DNA of 64,000 nucleotides from Escherichia coli (GTDB lineage Bacteria; Pseudomonadota; Gammaproteobacteria; Enterobacterales; Enterobacteriaceae): NCBI RefSeq assembly GCF_003991155.1, contig NZ_CP031293.1; one strand, 5' to 3'. Shown piece by piece: positions 63,116 to 64,000 of this stretch (position 1 is its first letter; each line of letters starts with the position of its first letter). The notes under the pieces were generated by a model. It saw only the letters and a program-made list of their open reading frames with translations, ran no database searches and was not told where the DNA came from. The position numbers and the translations under genes were made by a program.

Positions 63116-63219
63116 GAAAAAGTCTCCTGCAAAATGAGAGGTCATTTTTTGAAACAGCAATAGAGGGTCGGGAGATATTTCTCTCGACGATGTAAAAATA
63201 TTTTTTGATAATTATTGTT

Positions 63220-63247
63220 ATACAGGCGAATTATTCTCCGCCTGTAT
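63220..63247. other. 9-bp inverted repeat between hutU and the permease gene (terminator, attenuator or protein site)
   Basis: ATACAGGCG-10 nt-CGCCTGTAT, 32 nt downstream of the hutU stop. Confidence 0.35.
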
Positions 63248-63278
63248 TAGCGCAAATATTAAATGACGGCGTTAATAT

Positions 63279-64000
63279 TTAGCGAATCATCGGTAATTTC
63301 AGACCATAGTTTTTGGCACATTCAATTGCCGCTTCATAACCCGCATCCGCATGACGCATAACCCCGGACGCACAGTCATTCACCAGCACACGCGCCAGAC
63401 GTTTTTCGGCTTCTTCGCTACCATCGGCAACAATAACCATCCCGGCGTGTTGTGAATACCCCATCCCGACGCCGCCGCCATGATGCAGGGATACCCACGT
63501 TGCTCCCCCTGCAGTGTTGAGCAAACCGTTGAGCAACGGCCAGTCAGAAACCGCATCACTGCCATCAAGCATGCTTTCGGTTTCGCGGTTCGGGCTGGCG
63601 ACAGAACCGGTATCAAGATGATCGCGCCCAATCACAATCGGTGCTTTTAGTTCACCGTTGCGCACCATTTCGTTGAATGCCAGCCCCGCCAGGTGACGCT
63701 CACCAAGCCCCAGCCAGCAAATACGTGAAGGAAGTCCCTGGAAGGCAATGCGCTCGCGCGCCATATCCAGCCAGCGATGCGTCAGTACGTTATTGGGGAA
63801 CAACTCTTTAATTTTGGCATCAGTTTTATAGATATCTTCCGGGTCGCCAGACAGCGCCACCCAACGGAATGGACCTTTGCCTTCACAAAACATTGGACGA
63901 ATATAAGCCGGAACAAAGCCCGGGAAATCAAAGGCATTTTGCAGACCTTCGTTGAAGGCCACCTGGCGGATGTTGTTGCCATAATCGACAACCGGGATCC
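63279..64000 (-). CDS. hutU: Urocanate hydratase, C-terminal ~240 codons (gene continues past the right edge)
   Basis: The frame stays open to position 64000 (...[55 protein letters not shown]...[18 protein letters not shown]...), typical of urocanase. Confidence 0.9.
   Translation of the reverse strand, partial: IPVVDYGNNIRQVAFNEGLQNAFDFPGFVPAYIRPMFCEGKGPFRWVALSGDPEDIYKTDAKIKELFPNNVLTHRWLDMARERIAFQGLPSRICWLGLGERHLAGLAFNEMVRNGELKAPIVIGRDHLDTGSVASPNRETESMLDGSDAVSDWPLLNGLLNTAGGATWVSLHHGGGVGMGYSQHAGMVIVADGSEEAEKRLARVLVNDCASGVMRHADAGYEAAIECAKNYGLKLPMIR

Noticed and set aside
43186-64000. Calling the accessory block a mobile genetic element or genomic island with defined ends
   Set aside because: Within the window there is no integrase, transposase, IS fragment, phage gene, flanking tRNA attachment site or recognisable direct repeat. 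The right boundary lies outside the window. The block is described only as accessory relative to K-12, from memory.

Overview
This window is an Escherichia coli-type chromosome segment with two parts.

Positions 1-43.2 kb are core genome. From my recollection of the K-12 map they are collinear with it, in inverted orientation. The gene order is uvrB, bioDCFB/bioA, ybhB, ybhC, ybhJ-ybhI-ybhH/ybhD, pgl, ybhA, modCBA, acrZ, modE, modF, galETKM, gpmA, aroG, ybgS, zitB, pnuC, nadA, a seven-gene tRNA operon (5 Lys-UUU, 2 Val-UAC), cpoB-pal-tolB-tolA-tolR-tolQ-ybgC, and ybgE-cydX-cydB-cydA. Many textbook operator sites can be read directly: the uvrB LexA box, bioO, the ModE site, gal OE/OI/CRP/P1-P2, a Fur box at gpmA, a TyrR box at aroG and a NadR box at nadA. 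One ERIC element and REP elements are also present. Amino-acid differences from the K-12 proteins indicate a non-K-12 strain.

Positions ~43.2-64 kb hold a long AT-rich cydA upstream region followed by an accessory block (from ~43.99 kb) that, as far as I know, K-12 lacks. It contains:
- An AT-rich orphan gene pair (314 aa and 140 aa).
- A plus-strand operon for the coenzyme-B12-dependent methylaspartate route of glutamate breakdown: glutamate mutase S/L/E, methylaspartate ammonia-lyase, an AtuA/DUF1446-like plus DUF4387-like pair, a DAACS transporter, a class I fumarase/mesaconase, and a cob(I)alamin adenosyltransferase.
- A convergent minus-strand unit: hutU (partial), an NCS1 permease, hutD, hutI, hutG, a signal-peptide-bearing ammonia-lyase-family protein that lacks the MIO triad, and a LysR regulator.

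The best candidates for undescribed biology are the DUF1446/DUF4387 pair, the exported MIO-less lyase homologue and the orphan pair. I saw no CRISPR array, IS element, integrase or rRNA.
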